A DNA stretch of 60,019 bases from a virus (taxonomy: Duplodnaviria > Caudoviricetes): the IMG/VR virus record IMGVR_UViG_3300015171_000004, positions 1 to 60,019 of that record, one strand, 5' to 3'. A program made the position numbers and the translations under genes. The notes beneath the pieces were generated by a model. It was not told the DNA's origin. It did no database searches and saw only the letters and a list, made by a program, of their open reading frames with translations. Each line of letters opens with the position of its first letter. The stretch's first letter is position 1. This document shows, piece by piece, positions 55,618 through 60,019 of the stretch.

Positions 55618-56634
55618 CTATAGCCACGTTGCTACGTTGTCTTTAAGATCCCACGAACACGACGCTTTACTGAAGTGCTGTAGGGCAATCGGGTTGCCTT
55701 TAACGTTTACCAGTGGCTTACCGGATGCGTCATTCTTCTGCTCGGCGTTCAGGGGGACGCCCTTGAAGTCGTGGTTCACAAGGTGGTCAAGCCAACTATT
55801 GTAAATTCCCCCGCCTTTGGGATAGGTCACGCCCGTACCGCTCCATAGCGCATCGGCGTATGCGTTGAACTCTGCTGTTGCCACGCTCTTGTCATAGACA
55901 CGTACCAGGGGCTTATCTGGCGCTGGCTTCGGATGCGTTGCCGTGCTAAGTTGGTTTAGCTTAGCGCCGGTCTTTGGGTTCCATCCTGCCGGGAACGGTG
56001 CAAGCCAGGGTTGACGTATCATGCACGCCCAATGAATGCCTAGGGCGGAGGCCCTATATGTGCGTGGTTGCGGTCGTGGTACGTTGTTTCCCTGCAATGC
56101 GCCCGTTACGTTGGCTGGGTCGTGTACAATGTAGTCACCTGTATCCTTGTGATATCCGGTGATGGTGAAAATGTGTGATCCTGCTGCGCCCCACCAATAG
56201 GGATTAGCGCCGAGTCCAACGTCGAACACGGTGTTTTCGGGAACGGTCACGATAACAGGATAGCCGCTATCTAATGCGCCGTGTATGCATGCGATATCAC
56301 TTGCTTGCACGCTATTAGGCCCGATGTCCACAATATCAAGGTAGTGGGAAGACCCGCTATTCGGCAGCGCTTTGGTGATGAGACGATGCATATCTGGTAT
56401 GGATACGCCGCCGTCCATGTTAGCGCCGTTACTTCCATACTGGTTGGAATATTCTTGCAACCACCATGCGTCAATTGTGCCTAAGCTAGCACGCACGCCT
56501 GCCCCAGGTGCACCTGCATAGCACTGTAGTGCCGCAGCAACGAAGCCACATGCGAATTCTGTTCTCCCTGCCAAGAACTGACTCAGCGTAGCCAGATCTA
56601 TCACCTCGCCTGTACTGTTTAGTTTCACTGTCAA
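55618..56634 (-). CDS. Peptidase C39-like putative endolysin
   Basis: SQF...ACG (Cys), SHIF.ITGY (His), VHDPAN (Asp). Confidence 0.8.
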   Translation of the reverse strand: MTVKLNSTGEVIDLATLSQFLAGRTEFACGFVAAALQCYAGAPGAGVRASLGTIDAWWLQEYSNQYGSNGANMDGGVSIPDMHRLITKALPNSGSSHYLDIVDIGPNSVQASDIACIHGALDSGYPVIVTVPENTVFDVGLGANPYWWGAAGSHIFTITGYHKDTGDYIVHDPANVTGALQGNNVPRPQPRTYRASALGIHWACMIRQPWLAPFPAGWNPKTGAKLNQLSTATHPKPAPDKPLVRVYDKSVATAEFNAYADALWSGTGVTYPKGGGIYNSWLDHLVNHDFKGVPLNAEQKNDASGKPLVNVKGNPIALQHFSKASCSWDLKDNVATWL

Positions 56635-56635
56635 T

Positions 56636-57817
56636 CTATTTTCCTCCTGCTATTTGTGCGTCGCTGATAAGAGACTGGATAGCGTGTACTAGTGTGACTG
56701 CCTTAAGAGCTTCGTCGGTTGCGGTTGTGGATGCGTTGGCGGTTGCGTCGGCCAGTGCTTTCTCAGCATCGGAAAGTTTCGCGTTAATGCCAGCGATCTC
56801 AGTAGAAAACGATTTCTGTAGATCGTCTTTTTCCTTCTGTAGCAACGTGTTGGACTCGGTTGAGGCAAGAAGCTTACCATTCAGCGCGGCTATAACCTTC
56901 TCATTCTCTAGGATAGCGAGGTTCATGTTCGTATCGACGTGTGCAGCATACACGGAGCCGGTATGTCCTGCCGGGGAATCGTACTTGCTTAGTGGGTCGT
57001 ATACGAGGATACCCCTCTCGAATACCTGAAACACGTTACCCGCCGTGTCCAGTGGAACTTCGTTTGTCTTTGGCAGTCCCAGGAACGTCAATCCACATAG
57101 ATCACTATTGCCGTACGCTACGTACTTCGCCAGGATGCCGCCCTTTAGTTGTTTCAACGTTTGTTTGCATACCCACACGCCACCGAGTGCAGCACTAAAG
57201 TAGTTCTGTACTTCCTTGTTATTCAGGTCAATAATCATTTCCACCTCCATAGGTTGGTTGGCTAAGAATGCCACTAGCTCTTTAATCGGATATGGACCTG
57301 GGCAAAAACTTCGGTTCACGCCGTCGATATCACTATGGAATACAATGCTTCCACCGTCGTCACCATATTTGCGAACTAGATTAAAGTGCCTCGTTAATAA
57401 ATCCACTAGTGCGAAGCTAGTTTCTTGTTGTGGTGCTGTTAGCACGTCACTGTTACGCACAGCATCATACTTGCAGTGTTCGATGCTGATGATATCGTAG
57501 TTGTGGTTACGAACCGGTATGTATGGCTTGTGCGTGGTTGTTGCCCCCGCACTCCACATTGCATAGCCTGGCATAAGCAGGGGTGCACACTGCACTAGTG
57601 ATCCGTCCTTGTCGATAATGAAGTGAGTCCCGGCTTGTCTACTGCTGTTACGAAAATCGTTCCCGATGTTTACAGCCGATGCATTAGGGCTTGCCGTGCC
57701 ATGCAGCACAATAAAGTTGACCTGCTTCATGCTGCCGGGTCCAAACGACTTGCTAGTCGCGTCAATATACGTTGCCTCTTTAATAATTCCGTTGGGTTGA
57801 AGTGTTAGTGTTTTCAA
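56636..57817 (-). CDS. N-acetylmuramoyl-L-alanine amidase endolysin
   Basis: IVLHGTA, THFIIDKDG, ISIEH, FHSD...CPG; LGLP.TNE...QVFERG repeat; coiled-coil tail. Confidence 0.92.
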   Translation of the reverse strand: MKTLTLQPNGIIKEATYIDATSKSFGPGSMKQVNFIVLHGTASPNASAVNIGNDFRNSSRQAGTHFIIDKDGSLVQCAPLLMPGYAMWSAGATTTHKPYIPVRNHNYDIISIEHCKYDAVRNSDVLTAPQQETSFALVDLLTRHFNLVRKYGDDGGSIVFHSDIDGVNRSFCPGPYPIKELVAFLANQPMEVEMIIDLNNKEVQNYFSAALGGVWVCKQTLKQLKGGILAKYVAYGNSDLCGLTFLGLPKTNEVPLDTAGNVFQVFERGILVYDPLSKYDSPAGHTGSVYAAHVDTNMNLAILENEKVIAALNGKLLASTESNTLLQKEKDDLQKSFSTEIAGINAKLSDAEKALADATANASTTATDEALKAVTLVHAIQSLISDAQIAGGK

Positions 57818-57821
57818 TCCC

Positions 57822-58064
57822 TTAGTCCCTCCCGTCGTCGTTCAGATCTGCAATCCGTCTGACAACATTTAAGCCGCCCTGATAATTCGATAGCATGGAC
57901 ATAAAGACGCCCAGCGCAATAGCCACCAGCGTTAGTAGTCGTGGGTCAACGTTGACGCCCTCTAGAGCCTGTACGGTCATGACACCTAAGCTACAGAACA
58001 ACGTAGCGAATACAAACAGCGTTCCTAGCACCCTCACTAGCGGCCCGGATAATAGATCTTTCAA
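57822..58064 (-). CDS. Small two-TM holin-like protein
   Basis: Two hydrophobic helices upstream of the amidase. Confidence 0.6.
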   Translation of the reverse strand: MKDLLSGPLVRVLGTLFVFATLFCSLGVMTVQALEGVNVDPRLLTLVAIALGVFMSMLSNYQGGLNVVRRIADLNDDGRD

Positions 58065-58390
58065 TTGCCTTGTTCCCTTCTATGCTGTGTGGCGAGGACG
58101 ATGGCACGCGCCCCCATACATATAGTGATGAACGTAAACGTGGCACAATAGAGAGCGGTCGTATAACTATGCGCCAGTAGTGTCTGGACTGTCACCAGAA
58201 GGCCAAAGCATGCATAGGACAATACGCACATACTTGCAAGTATCATCTGTACACGATACAGCCAAGCGTCAAGACGTAAGTCAGCGTCTATCACAAGCAC
58301 GCCGCCCCTGATATTCATGACTGTACATACCTTGCGTATCCCCCGGTGATAATAGTGTGTGATGTGAAACTTACCCATCGTATACTTCAC
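58061..58390 (-). CDS. Membrane protein
   Basis: Hydrophobic C-terminal half. Confidence 0.5.
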   Translation of the reverse strand: MKYTMGKFHITHYYHRGIRKVCTVMNIRGGVLVIDADLRLDAWLYRVQMILASMCVLSYACFGLLVTVQTLLAHSYTTALYCATFTFITICMGARAIVLATQHRREQGN

Positions 58391-58751
58391 CTGTCTCTAC
58401 TTCGTTGGTCTTCGTCCATTCAACGTCAACGACTGACAGGGGGAATTGCATTGCTAATCTTTGCCCGTACTTATGGCCTGTGTAGAAAACGATTTCTAGC
58501 TTCTCTTCCTTGCCTGCCTCGGCCAGGATGGAGTACGCAATCAGTCGATCAACCTTCTCGCCATCTAGGTATACCTCGCTGTTGAATGATCCTAGTCGCC
58601 TCAGCAATACGTGCTCTATCATTTCTTTTCCCTTTAGATTATGTGTGCAGTCGATTATTCGTGTAGTCTTAGTGTACCATATCGTAGTGGTGCTGACAAG
58701 TGGGGAAAGAAAACGTATTCTTCTGTATCGCTTTGGCGTCCATAGGTCCAT
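58371..58751 (-). CDS. Hypothetical protein (likely start 58622, MIEHV)
   Basis: AAGGG RBS before the internal ATG. Confidence 0.6.
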   Translation of the reverse strand: MDLWTPKRYRRIRFLSPLVSTTTIWYTKTTRIIDCTHNLKGKEMIEHVLLRRLGSFNSEVYLDGEKVDRLIAYSILAEAGKEEKLEIVFYTGHKYGQRLAMQFPLSVVDVEWTKTNEVETGEVYDG

Positions 58752-58832
58752 GCCACATAGCCCTATTGGAAGTATCGTTCTTACGACGAAGCGCCAATAC
58801 TTATATATATACTAGTGGGATTGTTGCGGGCA

Positions 58833-58862
58833 AATAAAAAGGGTACAAATTAATGTACCCTG
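58833..58862 (-). terminator. Intrinsic terminator
   Basis: AGGGTACA/TGTACCCT stem followed by a T run. Confidence 0.75.
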
Positions 58863-58912
58863 CGTGGATGTTCTTTTCTTTTTCCTTCGGACCATATCGC
58901 TCTCATACGCGA

Positions 58913-58941
58913 AGTATAACATGATTTCGAGGGTGTGTCAA
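58913..58941 (-). promoter_or_regulatory. sigma70-type promoter TTGACA-N17-TATACT
   Basis: Consensus boxes. Confidence 0.7.
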
Positions 58942-59008
58942 CCCTATTTTTGGGCATTGAAAAGAAGCTGGACTTTTGTACAGTATGATACACTGTATAT
59001 CATAACTA

Positions 59009-59359
59009 TTAGGCTGGTTGGCTAACTTCTGGCTCGCTTGCTGGCTCTTCAACTTCCGGGGCGCCCGCCTCATTAATGGGTTGTTCGACGACTGGCTGGG
59101 CTGGCTGGACATCTTCCTGTACGGGCGCGGCCATCGGTGCACCTAGTGGAAGTGCGAACGTATCGTAGCTATCCCCGCGCAGGAATGTGAAGCTAATCAT
59201 CTGCCGAGACTCGCGGTCATTCTCAGATGATACAATCGTGTGATCCATGATATCGGACTCTTGGGCATTCTTCGCTGACAAGCTACGGTCAAGCATGTCG
59301 CCAAAGTCAGCGTACTGCGCCCGCAGCACTTGTATAAGATCGTTAGTTGGATTTGACAT
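59009..59359 (-). CDS. Hypothetical protein with acidic Pro-rich tail
   Basis: CAGGAG RBS before MSNPTND. Confidence 0.7.
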   Translation of the reverse strand: MSNPTNDLIQVLRAQYADFGDMLDRSLSAKNAQESDIMDHTIVSSENDRESRQMISFTFLRGDSYDTFALPLGAPMAAPVQEDVQPAQPVVEQPINEAGAPEVEEPASEPEVSQPA

Positions 59360-59375
59360 ATTCTTTCTCCTGTGC

Positions 59376-59408
59376 AATAAAAAAGGCAAGCCACGAATAG
59401 CCTGCCCT
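59376..59408 (-). terminator. Intrinsic terminator
   Basis: GGCAGGC/GCTTGCC stem plus TTTTTT. Confidence 0.7.
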
Positions 59409-59469
59409 TCTTCTGAATGTGCTACATTGTGTAGCGTTGCGTCGTTACTAGTACGCCTCTGTTGAAACA

Positions 59470-59498
59470 AGCATACCATAGAAGCGGGCCGTTGTCAA
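59470..59498 (-). promoter_or_regulatory. sigma70-type promoter TTGACA-N17-TATGCT
   Basis: Consensus boxes. Confidence 0.6.
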
Positions 59499-59554
59499 CA
59501 CTGGAATAATAAGTAAGTATCTGCTTACCAATATCCCATTAATTTGTGGAAGGT

Positions 59555-59908
59555 CTATCGTTCTATCGCGGCCATAATACCATGACCGGAAAAGAAAAGC
59601 ACTAGTTCAGGGATGCGCTTCTCAGGAACAAGCCCGCACGTCTGAACGGTGCCATCGTTTGAGGCAACGAACATACAGAATGATGCTTGCGTATCCCTGC
59701 TTAGTAGCACGCTTGTAACGCCCTCTAGCGATACCTGCCATTTAGCCTTATGCTGGTTCCATAATCCGTACAAGCCTATCGTGTTGTGTCTGTGGTTGTC
59801 TCTCAGTATGCCGTTGAGGGTGGGGATAAACAATCCACCCATATCTTCGCGGTCGTTAATCATTGCTTTCCTCGTATTCGTTGTCGCTTGCAAAGTCCAG
59901 CCGGTCAA
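59555..59908 (-). CDS. Hypothetical protein
   Basis: GAGG RBS before MINDRED. Confidence 0.6.
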   Translation of the reverse strand: MTGWTLQATTNTRKAMINDREDMGGLFIPTLNGILRDNHRHNTIGLYGLWNQHKAKWQVSLEGVTSVLLSRDTQASFCMFVASNDGTVQTCGLVPEKRIPELVLFFSGHGIMAAIER

Positions 59909-60019
59909 ATGTGTACCCGCTTAGGTAGCAATCCCACTTCGCAGCGGACATATAGTCCTCGTGATTGTCGAAGTAGTCCCGTATTGTGCTGGGGCCATCT
60001 GATATGATACTATGTAGCA

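Larger units (their letters stand above)
1..60019. mobile_element. Tailed bacteriophage (siphovirus morphotype), near-complete genome
   Basis: Terminase-portal-protease-capsid-neck-tail-tape measure synteny, lysins, phage replication genes; no host housekeeping genes. Confidence 0.97.

Noticed and set aside
59910-59960. tRNA-like GGTAGCAATCCC segment
   Set aside because: No cloverleaf or canonical T-loop could be built
1-60019. Stop-codon reassignment suggested by frequent TAG stops
   Set aside because: Core genes are full length in the standard code, and TAG coincides with true gene ends

Overview
Near-complete genome (about 60 kb) of a tailed dsDNA siphovirus, almost entirely encoded on the minus strand. 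In transcription order (right to left): lysis genes (amidase, C39-like peptidase, holin-like proteins); packaging and HK97-type head genes; neck and tail genes (two tail-tube paralogues, frameshifting chaperone, tape measure, 1457-aa tail tip); a small plus-strand island (Rha/antirepressor, DUF916-like secreted protein) beside an AT-rich origin-like stretch; a replication block (phosphoesterase, split DNA methyltransferase, primase, SSB, two HNH endonucleases, DnaE, Cas4-like nuclease, RuvC-like resolvase, phage sigma factor); and about 18 kb of small early genes. I found no integrase, helicase, tRNA or CRISPR array. The lysin repeat and DUF916-like gene hint at a Chloroflexota (Ktedonobacteria-like) host, by inference only. 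The most striking signal is regulatory. (1) Thirteen copies of a promoter cassette carry one or two AGTACT palindromic boxes (22-23 bp apart when paired), placed 0 or exactly 10 bp upstream of a sigma70 -35 box. The upstream gene's stop codon usually lies in the box, and an ATG micro-ORF often starts at the predicted +1. (2) Eight copies of a second promoter class, GGAATAW-N15-CGTT..TA, are candidates for the phage sigma factor. Other oddities: a methyltransferase interrupted by TGA-C right after its DLPY motif, a tail-tube paralogue with an apparent ATC start, a tail terminator fused to a lectin-like domain and 14-aa repeat stalk, and a Lys/His-rich repeat block in the tape measure protein. 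All protein calls come from motif recognition and synteny, not database searches.
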